Below are positions 9,901-17,471 of a stretch of DNA of 64,000 nt, one piece after another (the stretch's first letter is position 1; every line of letters starts with the position of its first letter). A program made the translations under genes and the position numbers. The notes beneath the pieces were generated by a model, which saw only the letters and a program-made list of their open reading frames with translations, was not told the DNA's origin and made no database searches. This stretch comes from Rhodothermales bacterium (GTDB lineage: Bacteria > Bacteroidota > Rhodothermia > Rhodothermales > JABDKH01): the NCBI GenBank assembly GCA_028284545.1, contig JANQRN010000087.1:6082-70081 (forward strand), given 5' to 3'.

Positions 9901-10283
9901 GTACCGACGGCGTCTTTCTGAATGAGCGGTCGTTCGTACTCGATCACAACCTCGTTCAGCTCAACACCCTCTACGAGTGCGAAGTTGAGTTCACGGGTGT
10001 AACCAGAGCTGACCTGTACGCCGGTAACCGTTTCCGGTGTGTAACCGACGAAAGATGCTGTGACGTCATAATTGCCCACCGGGACGCCGAGGATGAAGTA
10101 ATTCCCATCAACGTCGGTGATACTACCGTAAGTCGTTCCGACTACGGCAACGTTGGCGCCTGGTATGGATTCGCCAGTGTCACGGTCGATCACCCTTCCG
10201 GAGATCTTGCCCGTGTTCTGTGCGAAAGCCAGCATTGGCGTCAACAGCAGCATGACTACAAGCATGCCCCATTTACGTAACAT
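6909..10283 (-). CDS. TonB-dependent receptor with N-terminal carboxypeptidase-regulatory-like domain (SusC-like architecture)
   Basis: Signal peptide MLRKWGMLVVMLLLTPMLAFAQ. The CarboxypepD_reg-like block is GKISGRVIDRDTGESIPGANVAVVGTTYGSITDVDGNYFILGVPVGNYDVTASFVGY. A plug-like region follows (NIRGGRGSEVSYYIDGVKV). The 1124-aa barrel ends in RLGLRLDF. An SD sequence GAGGAGG sits 6 nt before the ATG. Confidence 0.9.
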   Translation of the reverse strand: MLRKWGMLVVMLLLTPMLAFAQNTGKISGRVIDRDTGESIPGANVAVVGTTYGSITDVDGNYFILGVPVGNYDVTASFVGYTPETVTGVQVSSGYTRELNFALVEGVELNEVVIEYERPLIQKDAVGTPKIVDAEQIVNLPVRGAAEVAKIQAGVVSEEGSSTLNIRGGRGSEVSYYIDGVKVIGTTSIPQSAIQEQEIMIGSISARYGDAMSGIINITTKSGSSKFFGSVEGITSEALDAYGYNLLSGTVGGPIGGDKLNFFLAAEYLDQLDDSPRAIGQLQVPESIRNDLLAAPQAFRVDNPEGGNLYLPIPATLADGAKLVVDDDGHTIVENNAISFTDGTTIAVPEGVDIETLNLNPVQRASLLDPDVFERNDAALGNSRQNLSVSGNIQVSLFDQGRLRLGGRYNTGEWDGLFQSNILFNPFNTNLTERDEYQLFGTWTQHLSGSTFYQLQADYTDYFTETYDPVFGNQPADWLNYGDIDGQEHWATLRGFKDSPLLVEEMRINGTDTIMVDVPTFSNSYGDSDAPTANVLLNLVSIPGGRPLGYSKSARTQFRLTGAATTQIGINQLEFGGEYETRTFRAFSINASRLAGLINDGNAEDIDPNDPLQNPNGWNTYDEIPDFLIDNFASGYGYDLRGDSEVDTEDIAQFVLEDNTKPTSAYNEAPYQPIYYGGYVQDKIEFRDIVLNMGLRVDVFDNNMRVLKDRFARRPIRRADEISGRPSNVGGDYAVYFNDAEEVIGYRDLDGRFYSTNGEQVQAADILLNGAPIQTDSRINDSMFEDYEPQVTFMPRIGVSFPVTDRALFFASYGVVTQRPSTNSFQSLSGFRGTGSISNTNLEPERTTKYELGFRQRLGDRSALTISGFFQQIDNLIQRRDQFIAFPNAYLTWENVDFGTVKGMEFGFDMRRTSGLAANLNYTLSFADGTGSGSNTTSTITWIDETPPNFISPLSFDQRHKINASLDYRLGAGEGPSIGGANILENFGVNLLVTAGSGFPYTANSDLFPLTVSRAPLPAGGINSNRMPSSSRVDLKLDRRFNIRGNANVTAFLWVQNVLNSDNIQNVWRGTGLADDDGYLSTLAGQQALAANPDVFETLYRNRTNLPGNYGIPRQTRLGLRLDF

Positions 10284-10429
10284 ATGCTACCTCCTCAAGT
10301 GCAGTGATGTGTGGCTGCTGAGCGTATAAACGCTCCTTTTCATTAAGCGCCGAAGCGCCCTTTTTATAGTGGCCTCTGAGGACCAGTCCAGTTCGGACTT
10401 TCCGTTGCGGACTTCTTTTTTGGACTCTT

Positions 10430-10461
10430 GTCTTGATCAGACTCTCTCGTCTTGTGCAGAC
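10430..10461. promoter_or_regulatory. Two GTCT-N5-AGAC inverted repeats (operator-like) upstream of the TonB receptor
   Basis: GTCTtgatcAGAC lies at 10430-10442 and GTCTtgtgcAGAC at 10449-10461, with starts 19 nt apart. They sit 147-178 nt upstream of the receptor ATG. Confidence 0.3.
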
Positions 10462-10650
10462 TTAAATGTCTCTTACGACTTGGGTCCTGGAATCGCTGTC
10501 GCGTCAAGCGCGCTACCAATCTCTTGAAGATTCTCTCTCAGGAGGTCCGGGGCAGATGCTGCCCACTTCCGGGGGATTCCTTACGAGTTCTCTGTTCGAC
10601 TCCCGTCCGCTACACAGGTAAGACCACATGGGATGGCCTGCGAGGCTATG

Positions 10651-10682
10651 ACAAAAAGCGAAAACCTGGCAACCCTGCCAAG
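10651..10682 (-). terminator. Intrinsic terminator-like hairpin inside the serA/TonB-receptor spacer
   Basis: The minus strand reads CTTGGCA-GGGT-TGCCAGG followed by TTTTCGCTTTTTGT. The stem is 7 bp including one G-U pair, and a U-rich tail follows. Confidence 0.4.
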
Positions 10683-10846
10683 CCATCTCTGACTGCCCTG
10701 TCGCAGGCCCGAAGGCCTTAATTCTGTGCTGCTTACGTGGGGGTTCTGAGCTGCAGTAGCGTCGTTCAGCCGATAGCGATTCTCGGGTTTTCTGTGATTT
10801 CGACAGTCCGAAACTGCCGAATTGGTACTGGGTCTCAAGCTTTTGC
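10652..10846 (-). ncRNA. Candidate ~195-nt sRNA or attenuating 5' leader (family not recognised)
   Basis: It is bounded by a consensus promoter (10853-10881) and the terminator-like hairpin (10651-10682). It contains two UUCG-type hairpins, at 10801-10819 and 10705-10718. No credible ORF is present. Confidence 0.3.
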
Positions 10847-10852
10847 GCGACG

Positions 10853-10881
10853 AATATAGACGGGCATTTTTCGTTTGTCAA
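10853..10881 (-). promoter_or_regulatory. Sigma70-type promoter (TTGACA-17 nt-TATATT)
   Basis: The minus strand reads TTGACA (10881-10876), a 17-nt spacer, then TATATT (10858-10853). It lies 82 nt downstream of the serA stop and points toward the TonB receptor. Confidence 0.5.
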
Positions 10882-10962
10882 GGGAATTCGAATCGCTCGG
10901 GGGGCGGGTAAACGCAATTGCAGACCACCCGAAATGCCCCGTTGTTGCCCCCAAAATGCCCC

Positions 10963-12555
10963 TTAGATGTTCACCTGGCGGACATCTTCGAGCCCCTCGA
11001 TGCCACCGAGGCGTGCCAATTCTCTTGCGTCAAGCGGCTCATCCAGCCTCATGACCGTGAGTGCCGGGCTGCCGGGGTCCTTCCGCCCAAGCACCATGGC
11101 CCCAATGTTCACGTTCGCCTCGGCGACAACCGCGCCCACGGCAGCGAGCATGCCGGGGCGGTCTACGTTCCTGTAAAACAACAGCGTGCCGGCCGGTCTC
11201 AGCTCCATTTCGTACCCGTCAAGTGCTACAATTCGGGCATCCGAATCCCCGAACATCGCACCGCGGATGGATCGGGGGCCTCCATCGGTGTCCAGCAGGA
11301 CCTCGACAAAGTGGTGGAAATTCTCCGCTGTCGAGACCGAATCACTGTGCACCGGCAGTCCGGCCTCGTCGGCCAGCGCCTCGGCGTTCACGAGGTTCAC
11401 GCGATCATCTAGCAACTCTCCCAACACGCCCGCCAATGCGCCGACCGTCAGCACCTCCCGAGCCGTGCGCGGAATATCTCCCGCACCGCAAACCGTGACC
11501 CGCTTGATGGCGTGCGGGGCGTTAAGCCTCGCCACAATCCGGCCCAGTGTCTCGGCCAGCGATACAAACGGTTTCACCTCTGGCCGACTGGATAACCTGA
11601 TCGCCGATGCATTAACCGGAGTCGCTACAGGCTCACCACGTAGCCCGCGTACGACCTGCTCCGTTACCTGTACCGCGACTTTCTGTTGCGCCTCGGCGGT
11701 CGACGCGGCGATATGCGGCGTACAGACGACATCCGGGCGACCGATGAGGGCGCGTAGTGATTCGCCGACGGGTTCGTTCGAATAGACGTCCAGCCCAGCC
11801 CCTCCCACGTGCCCGGATTCGAGCGCATCGAACAGCGCCGACTCGTCAATCAGCCCGCCCCGCGCGCAATTGACGATCAGCACGCCCTCCCTGCATTTGC
11901 CGAGCAGCTCCGCGTCGAACATCCCGGTCGTTGAGCTCGTGAGGGGCGCGTGCAATGAGATCACGTCAGCCTGTGCCACGAGTTCATCAACGGTCACCAA
12001 CTCTACGCCGCTCTCTTTCGCGACGTCCGGCGAAACGACCGGGTCTGCTCCCAGCACACGCATCCCGAAACCGGACATGCGCTCGGCAACGTTTCGACCA
12101 ACACGACCAACGCCAACGATGCCGAGCGTCTTGCCGTACAACTCGGTGCCCACAAACCGCTTACGATCCCACTCACCGTCGCGCATCGACCGATTCGCCT
12201 CGGGTATTCTCCTTGCAAGAGAAAGCATCATGGCGCAGGCGTGTTCAGCGGTAGACACGGTATTTCCTTCCGGTGCGTTGATCACCACCACGCCGCGTCG
12301 CGTCGCCTCGGTCAGGTCGATGTTGTCTACGCCAACACCGGCGCGCCCGATCACCCGCAGAGCAGGCGCCGCATTGATCAACTCCGGGGTAATCTGGGTG
12401 CCTGACCGCACTATCCAACCCACCGCGCCATCGGCCGCATCCTGCAGTTGCTCAGCTGAGCGACCCGTTTCGTCATCCACCTCGTATCCGCTCTGACGCA
12501 GCAGCTGCGCGCACGCCGGGTCGAGTTTGTCTGTTATAAGTACACGTTCTTTCAT
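10963..12555 (-). CDS. serA: D-3-phosphoglycerate dehydrogenase, long form with C-terminal ACT domain
   Basis: MKERVLITDKLDPAC...GRAGVGVDNIDL...GIVGVGRVGR is a 2-hydroxyacid dehydrogenase NAD fold. The start at 12555 overlaps the engB stop as ATGA. The ORF-track extension to 12654 is probably not translated. Confidence 0.9.
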   Translation of the reverse strand: MKERVLITDKLDPACAQLLRQSGYEVDDETGRSAEQLQDAADGAVGWIVRSGTQITPELINAAPALRVIGRAGVGVDNIDLTEATRRGVVVINAPEGNTVSTAEHACAMMLSLARRIPEANRSMRDGEWDRKRFVGTELYGKTLGIVGVGRVGRNVAERMSGFGMRVLGADPVVSPDVAKESGVELVTVDELVAQADVISLHAPLTSSTTGMFDAELLGKCREGVLIVNCARGGLIDESALFDALESGHVGGAGLDVYSNEPVGESLRALIGRPDVVCTPHIAASTAEAQQKVAVQVTEQVVRGLRGEPVATPVNASAIRLSSRPEVKPFVSLAETLGRIVARLNAPHAIKRVTVCGAGDIPRTAREVLTVGALAGVLGELLDDRVNLVNAEALADEAGLPVHSDSVSTAENFHHFVEVLLDTDGGPRSIRGAMFGDSDARIVALDGYEMELRPAGTLLFYRNVDRPGMLAAVGAVVAEANVNIGAMVLGRKDPGSPALTVMRLDEPLDARELARLGGIEGLEDVRQVNI

Positions 12556-13172
12556 TTCTGACTGCTCCTGGTTGGCCCAAGGATCTGCTCGATCCAGTTG
12601 AGCAATTCCTCTCGACCGCGTCGCGCCGTCGCAGAGGTCTCCACGACGGGCCACTCGATCATCTGCGACTTCATTTCGTCAGCGACCCGCTTGCGCGTTT
12701 TTGTTCGGGCATTGCCGGACAGCTTGTCGATCTTCGTCAGCACCACGACCGCCGGCCGGCCCGCGGCCTTTACAAAGGACATGGCTTCCCTGTCGGTCGC
12801 CGTCGGCGCATGCCGTGCGTCCATGAGAATGAGGACAAGCGCCAGCGACTCGCGTGACTCGAGATACGTCGTAAGGTCGGCCGCCCAACGATTTCGCTGC
12901 GTCCGGGAGGTCTTGGCGTATCCAAGACCGGGGACATCCACGAGGTAATAGCCCGCGTCGGTCTCGAAATAGTTGAACGTGACCGTCTTGCCTGGCGTGC
13001 CGCTGGTTTTTGCGAGTCGCTTGCGGGTCGCAAGCAGGTTCACCAGCGAACTCTTTCCAACGTTGGAGCGCCCGAGGAGCGCGACCTCAGGCGCCGAGTC
13101 TGGAGGCAGGTCACGGTAGCGCGGGTAGCTCGCGACAAATGCGATGTGCCGTACAATCTTGCTCGCGTCCAC
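12552..13172 (-). CDS. engB: Ribosome biogenesis GTP-binding protein YihA/EngB
   Basis: G1 motif GRSNVGKSSLVN, DVPGLGYA, and G4 LTKIDK. The start codon is GTG. Confidence 0.9.
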   Translation of the reverse strand: MDASKIVRHIAFVASYPRYRDLPPDSAPEVALLGRSNVGKSSLVNLLATRKRLAKTSGTPGKTVTFNYFETDAGYYLVDVPGLGYAKTSRTQRNRWAADLTTYLESRESLALVLILMDARHAPTATDREAMSFVKAAGRPAVVVLTKIDKLSGNARTKTRKRVADEMKSQMIEWPVVETSATARRGREELLNWIEQILGPTRSSQK

Positions 13173-13192
13173 AACCGACCCCCTACCTCAGG

Positions 13193-14065
13193 TCAGGCGG
13201 CCAAGTGCTCCTTAAGGGTGCTACCGATCATGGCCGGGTTCTTCACAACGACGGCGCCCGCGTCTTCGAGCGCCGCAAACTTGTCGGCTGCCGTTCCCTT
13301 TCCGCCCGCGATGATCGCCCCCGCGTGGCCCATGCGCCGCCCCGGTGGTGCGGTGGCGCCGGCGATGAACGAGAAGACCGGTTTTGTCATCTCTGACTTG
13401 ATGTAGGCAGCCGCCTCCTCTTCCGCCGAACCACCAATCTCGCCGATCATTACCACGGCCTCGGTGGCTCCGTCTGCCTCGAACATGCTCAGCGCGTCCA
13501 CAAATCGCGTCCCGATAATCGGATCACCACCGATCCCCACAGCCGTGGTCTGGCCATAACCCTCGCGCGTGAGCTGGTCGACCGCTTCATAAGTAAGTGT
13601 ACCCGAGCGCGAAATGACTCCTATTGGACCCTCAGAGAAAATGCTCGCGGGCATGATGCCCACCTTGGCCTGTCCGGGACTGATGACGCCGGGGCAATTG
13701 GGACCAACGAGGTTGGCACCCCGCTCCTGTACATAGGCGTAGGCGGTGACCATGTCGCGAACCGGGATACCCTCCGTGATACACACAATAGTCGTAATGC
13801 CCGCATCAGCCGCTTCCATGATCGCGTCCGCCGCAAATGGTGGGGGTACGAAAATGACGCTCGCGTTCGCGCCCTCTTTTTCAACCGCTTCCGCGACGGT
13901 ATTGAAGACGGGTCGGTCGAGGTGCATTTGCCCGCCTTTGCCCGGAGTCACGCCCCCAATCAGCGGGGTGCCGTACTCGATCATCTGCTCGGAGTGGAAC
14001 GTGCCCTCCTTCCCCGTGAACCCCTGGACTACGAGGCGGGTGTTGCGGTCAACGAGAATGCTCAT
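13193..14065 (-). CDS. sucD: Succinyl-CoA synthetase alpha subunit
   Basis: [24 protein letters not shown]...SRSGTLTYE...MGHAGAII is the canonical SucD sequence, including the phosphohistidine loop. No sucC lies adjacent. Confidence 0.95.
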   Translation of the reverse strand: MSILVDRNTRLVVQGFTGKEGTFHSEQMIEYGTPLIGGVTPGKGGQMHLDRPVFNTVAEAVEKEGANASVIFVPPPFAADAIMEAADAGITTIVCITEGIPVRDMVTAYAYVQERGANLVGPNCPGVISPGQAKVGIMPASIFSEGPIGVISRSGTLTYEAVDQLTREGYGQTTAVGIGGDPIIGTRFVDALSMFEADGATEAVVMIGEIGGSAEEEAAAYIKSEMTKPVFSFIAGATAPPGRRMGHAGAIIAGGKGTAADKFAALEDAGAVVVKNPAMIGSTLKEHLAA

Positions 14066-14197
14066 AAGTAACGCCGACGTCGGGCGGGCGGATTAAATAG
14101 CGGATTATGAAATAGCCTGCGAATCGAGACCGCAAAGCTAATCCGCCGAACGCCGAATTGCCCAACAAAAGCGTGAAGGCGCCACAAATTCAGGCGA

Positions 14198-14479
14198 TCA
14201 CGTACCGGTCGCTTCGCTAGCTCCAGACTGGGAACCAGCAGATGGTTCCTCGGTGGTGCGCGGGGCGGGTGTACCCTGAACCGGAGGACGAGGCGGCTGC
14301 ACGCGCTGGGAGCGATTGTCGTCCAGCGTCAGCTCGTCTGAAATCTCGCGCGTGGCCTGCTTGAATTCCCGGATGCCTTTGCCCATACCGCGGGCGATCT
14401 CCGGAATGCGCTTGGCACCGAAGATCAGCAGCACGGCGAGAAAGATGAGAATGAGTTCGAGAGGACCTAGTGTTCCCAT
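14198..14479 (-). CDS. tatA: Twin-arginine translocase subunit TatA/E
   Basis: MGTLGPLELILIFLAVLLIFGAKRIPEIARGMGKGIREFK is the typical TatA transmembrane and amphipathic helix. Confidence 0.9.
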   Translation of the reverse strand: MGTLGPLELILIFLAVLLIFGAKRIPEIARGMGKGIREFKQATREISDELTLDDNRSQRVQPPRPPVQGTPAPRTTEEPSAGSQSGASEATGT

Positions 14480-14601
14480 ATCCGTAGGGGGCTACCTTGT
14501 GGCTGCAAGTATCGGTGCGTTTCGACTGAAACCATAATATCGAACAACTTCCGGACTCTTGGGTTCTCGTTTTAACCCACGCAAGCACCCATTCAGCCAG
14601 A

Positions 14602-15678
14602 ATGCAGCATCCCCCCACCCTTTCGCGCGAAACCATACACTCCTGGCCCAAAGCAGAACTCCACTGCCACCTCGATGGGTCGCTTCGCTTGGACACCCTT
14701 CTCGAGATGGCGACCGAGCAGGGCAAGGTCGGGCTGTTGCCTGCCGACAACCGAGCAGACCTCGAAGCCGAACTGCTCGCGGTAGATGACTCGGCCTCTC
14801 TCGAAGCGTACCTGGCCTGGTTTCGGTACTCGATCCCGATGTTGCAGTCCTACAAGGCGCTCTACCGTGCTGCGTATGAGCTGGCCGAGGACTGCGCCGC
14901 CGAAAACGTCCGTTATCTGGAGGTCCGGTTTGCCCCTATCCTGCACACCGAAGAGGCCCTCGATCTTCAAGCGGTGCTGGATGCCGTTCGAGACGGGCTG
15001 GCATCAGCCGAACGCGACTTTAGCATCCGAACTTCGATTATTGTCTGCGGCCTCCGCGACCGCTTCGAGAGCGCCTCGCTGCAGCAGGCCGAGTTGGCCG
15101 TCACAAACAGAAATAATGGTGTTGTCGCCTTCGACCTGGCGGGAGGCGAATCCGGAAATCCGCCGAAGCACCACTTGCACGCTTTCTATTACGCCCGCAA
15201 TCATCTGCTCAACCTCACGGTTCATGCGGGCGAGTCATTTGGTCCGGATTCGATTCGTCAGGCGGTCTTCTATTGCGGCGCGCATCGAATCGGCCACGGC
15301 ATCACGCTGCATCAGGATCAGGAACTGATGCAGTACTTCGTCGACCATCGGATACCGCTGGAGATTTGCCCCACATCTAACGTGCAGACCCGTGTGGTTG
15401 ACTCGTTTGAGAACCACCCAATCAGTCGGTTCGTGAGCGCGAACGTCCCGGTAACCGTAAACACAGACAACCGTCTGTTTTCACGGACCTCGCTCACAGA
15501 GGAGTTGTGGCGCGTCCATACGAAATGTGGGGTGGGTGCTGACGAACTGGCCAACATCGTCAGAAACGGATTTCGTTTCGCCTTCCTCGACTACGCCGCG
15601 CGCCAGGCGCTGTACGCATCAGTCGACCATGAATTGCCACCTGTCGCGGCGCGGGCGGATGATAACTCAGTGTCGTGA
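14602..15678 (+). CDS. add: Adenosine deaminase
   Basis: WPKAELHCHLDGSLR metal-binding motif, HAGE, and TVNTDN near the C-terminus. Confidence 0.85.
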   Translation: MQHPPTLSRETIHSWPKAELHCHLDGSLRLDTLLEMATEQGKVGLLPADNRADLEAELLAVDDSASLEAYLAWFRYSIPMLQSYKALYRAAYELAEDCAAENVRYLEVRFAPILHTEEALDLQAVLDAVRDGLASAERDFSIRTSIIVCGLRDRFESASLQQAELAVTNRNNGVVAFDLAGGESGNPPKHHLHAFYYARNHLLNLTVHAGESFGPDSIRQAVFYCGAHRIGHGITLHQDQELMQYFVDHRIPLEICPTSNVQTRVVDSFENHPISRFVSANVPVTVNTDNRLFSRTSLTEELWRVHTKCGVGADELANIVRNGFRFAFLDYAARQALYASVDHELPPVAARADDNSVS

Positions 15679-16991
15679 TGACCCACGAGATCTATCGAGC
15701 AGACGCCGTATTCGGCACGCTGGAGATACCGTCAGACAAGAGTATTGCGCATCGCGCGGCACTTCTTGCCGCCATCACCGATGGCGTCTCTCGACTGGTC
15801 CACTACCCAGATTCCCAGGATCCGCAGAGTACGCTGTCGTGCCTGCGCGCGCTCGGGGTCGAAATTGTAGATGAAGATGGAATACTGGTCGTGCACGGCC
15901 GCGGACGGTACGGCCTGGCGCACGTCGACCCGTCAAAGCCGGTGATCGATTGCGACAACAGCGGCACAACCATGCGACTCCTCGCAGGGATTCTCGCCGG
16001 CCAAGCCTACACATCGACACTGGTTGGAGACGCGTCACTCTCCAGGCGGCCGATGGACCGCATCGCCACTCCGCTTCGGCTCATGGGTGCGGGCGTCGAA
16101 CTCCGCGATGGTGCTCCGCCAATAGATATCACCGGTGGCAAACTGCGCCCGATAGAGTACCCGCTGCCGGTGCGATCAGCGCAAGTCAAGTCATGTGTAC
16201 TGCTGGCGGGCCTGTTCGCCGACGGAGGCGAAACCACCGTCGTCGAATCAGCACCTACGAGGGATCATACGGAGCGGATGCTGGGCGTTCCCGTTGTCGA
16301 CATCGGCGACAAGCGCTACGTATCGATTCGAAGTGATCACAGCCTTGTCCCGCAGACGTACACCATTCCGCGCGACTTCTCGTCAGCCGCGTTCTTCATC
16401 GTCGCCGCCGCGCTTGCACCGGAGGCACTGCTGCGGCTGCCGGGCGTCGGTGTCAACCCGAGCCGTGCAGCACTTCTGGATCTGCTCATCGCAATGGGCG
16501 CCAATATCACGATATCGAACAGCAGGCTACGGAGCGGCGAACCCATCGCGGACATTGACATACGTCACAGTCAGCTCACCGGCGTGGCAGTTGGTGGCGA
16601 AATCGTTCCCAATCTGATTGACGAGATTCCCATCCTCGCCGTCGCAGCGACGCAGGCGATCGGTACGACTATTATCCGCGACGCGGCCGAACTGAGAGTT
16701 AAGGAGTCGGATCGCATCGCTGCTATGGCCGAGGGGCTGTCCCGACTCGGCGCCGACGTTGCAGAGTTGAAGGACGGCCTCCGGATTGAGGGACCCACGC
16801 CGCTACAGGGTGCGGAGGTCGACGCAAAAGGTGACCACCGCGTCGCAATGGCGCTTGGCATCGCGGGGCTGGTGGCGTCTGGGGTCACGACGGTCCGAGG
16901 CTCAGAATCAGCAGCTGTTTCGTATCCCGGGTTCTGGAGTGATCTGGAATCCGTGAGCTTCAGTCAGGAGGCCCAATCGGCCAAAAAGTAG
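15675..16991 (+). CDS. aroA: 3-phosphoshikimate 1-carboxyvinyltransferase (EPSP synthase)
   Basis: IPSDKSIAHRAALLAA..., DCDNSGTTMRLLAGILAG, RVKESDRIAAM. Either GTG at 15675 or ATG at 15678 could be the start, and both overlap the add stop. Confidence 0.9.
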   Translation: MMTHEIYRADAVFGTLEIPSDKSIAHRAALLAAITDGVSRLVHYPDSQDPQSTLSCLRALGVEIVDEDGILVVHGRGRYGLAHVDPSKPVIDCDNSGTTMRLLAGILAGQAYTSTLVGDASLSRRPMDRIATPLRLMGAGVELRDGAPPIDITGGKLRPIEYPLPVRSAQVKSCVLLAGLFADGGETTVVESAPTRDHTERMLGVPVVDIGDKRYVSIRSDHSLVPQTYTIPRDFSSAAFFIVAAALAPEALLRLPGVGVNPSRAALLDLLIAMGANITISNSRLRSGEPIADIDIRHSQLTGVAVGGEIVPNLIDEIPILAVAATQAIGTTIIRDAAELRVKESDRIAAMAEGLSRLGADVAELKDGLRIEGPTPLQGAEVDAKGDHRVAMALGIAGLVASGVTTVRGSESAAVSYPGFWSDLESVSFSQEAQSAKK

Positions 16992-17019
16992 GCCGGCGAC
17001 GCCCCACACGCCGCCGGCC
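16991..17019 (+). terminator. GC-rich hairpin immediately after aroA (no T-tract)
   Basis: GGCCGGCG, a 13-nt loop, then CGCCGGCC: a perfect 8-bp stem that starts within the aroA stop codon. Confidence 0.3.
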
Positions 17020-17140
17020 AGTATCGCGCTAGCGATTCGTCGTTGATGCAACGAGACATGCATCTGAGGTGCGACGGGGACTGTGACCCGTCTACCAGAT
17101 ATAGCGCAGTCCGGCTCGCCGACCTGACACGCTCGCGTGG

Positions 17141-17452
17141 TTATCCGTCCGGATCCCACAAATGGAGATCCAGACGCACATTTCCGTCATCGTCAAAGGC
17201 CACACCCTCGTTGCGGAGCATGTCGGCCATGACTTGCGGACCGCCGAACTTGTTCGCCGCCGTCAACGCCCCGCGTCTGTTCACTACGCGATGGCAAGGC
17301 AGTGGGGTGTCCTTGGCCGCACCCAGCGCCCAACCAACGGTACGTGCCGCGCTGCGGCTACCGAGATGAGCGGCGATGTGACCGTACGTCGTGACCCGCC
17401 CTCGGGGAATCCTGGCCACAACATCCCAGACGCTGTCGAAGAAGTCAGACAT
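17141..17452 (-). CDS. MGMT-family DNA-binding domain protein (single-domain alkyltransferase-like, Cys retained)
   Basis: The 103-aa protein reads IPRGRVTTYGHIA...PCHRVVN, with the PCHR active-site motif present. Confidence 0.8.
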   Translation of the reverse strand: MSDFFDSVWDVVARIPRGRVTTYGHIAAHLGSRSAARTVGWALGAAKDTPLPCHRVVNRRGALTAANKFGGPQVMADMLRNEGVAFDDDGNVRLDLHLWDPDG

Positions 17453-17471
17453 GCCTCGTCAAAGGCTCAGA

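Noticed and set aside
10594-10610. A tRNA- or tmRNA-like T-arm string, GTTCGACTCCCGTCCGC.
   Set aside because: There is no complementary 5' T-stem strand, no acceptor stem and no CCA context on either strand.
10394-10795. RNase P RNA-like fragments on the minus strand of the spacer: GGAAAGTCCG (10403-10394), GGCAGGGTTGCCAGGT (about 10683-10665) and ACAGAAAACCCG (10795-10784).
   Set aside because: On the minus strand the fragments occur in the reverse of the order required by RNase P RNA (CR-I, then the P7-P10 region, then CR-V). The flanking sequence does not match GAGGAAAGUCCGGGC or ACAGAACCCGGCUUA, and I could trace no P4 pairing. I treat them as chance matches. A cmscan run would settle it.
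10284-10846. A cobalamin or TPP riboswitch upstream of the TonB receptor. AGTCAGAGATGGC resembles the B12 box, and a CTGAGA string is present.
   Set aside because: The B12-box match breaks at the CCTGCC half. I found no GGTGAAAxTCC or GCCACTG core, and no ACCTGATCTGGATAATGCCAGCG-like TPP element.
10452-10917. ORFs in the spacer: 10452..10721 on the plus strand (89 aa), and 10513..10917 (134 aa) and 10581..10838 (85 aa) on the minus strand.
   Set aside because: They are Cys/Arg/Pro-rich with implausible composition and have no RBS. The 134-aa ORF spans the promoter itself.
13193-14065. sucD without an adjacent sucC, tatA without tatC, and bioY without bioMN, considered as possible anomalies.
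   Set aside because: Split sucC/sucD, stand-alone tatA and solitary BioY are all seen in other bacteria, as far as I recall. They are not informative here.
17141-17452. The single-domain 103-aa MGMT-like protein, considered as a possible novel alkyltransferase-like (ATL) factor.
   Set aside because: The PCHR active-site Cys is retained. Short MGMT-family proteins of this size are, as far as I recall, a common annotated family.
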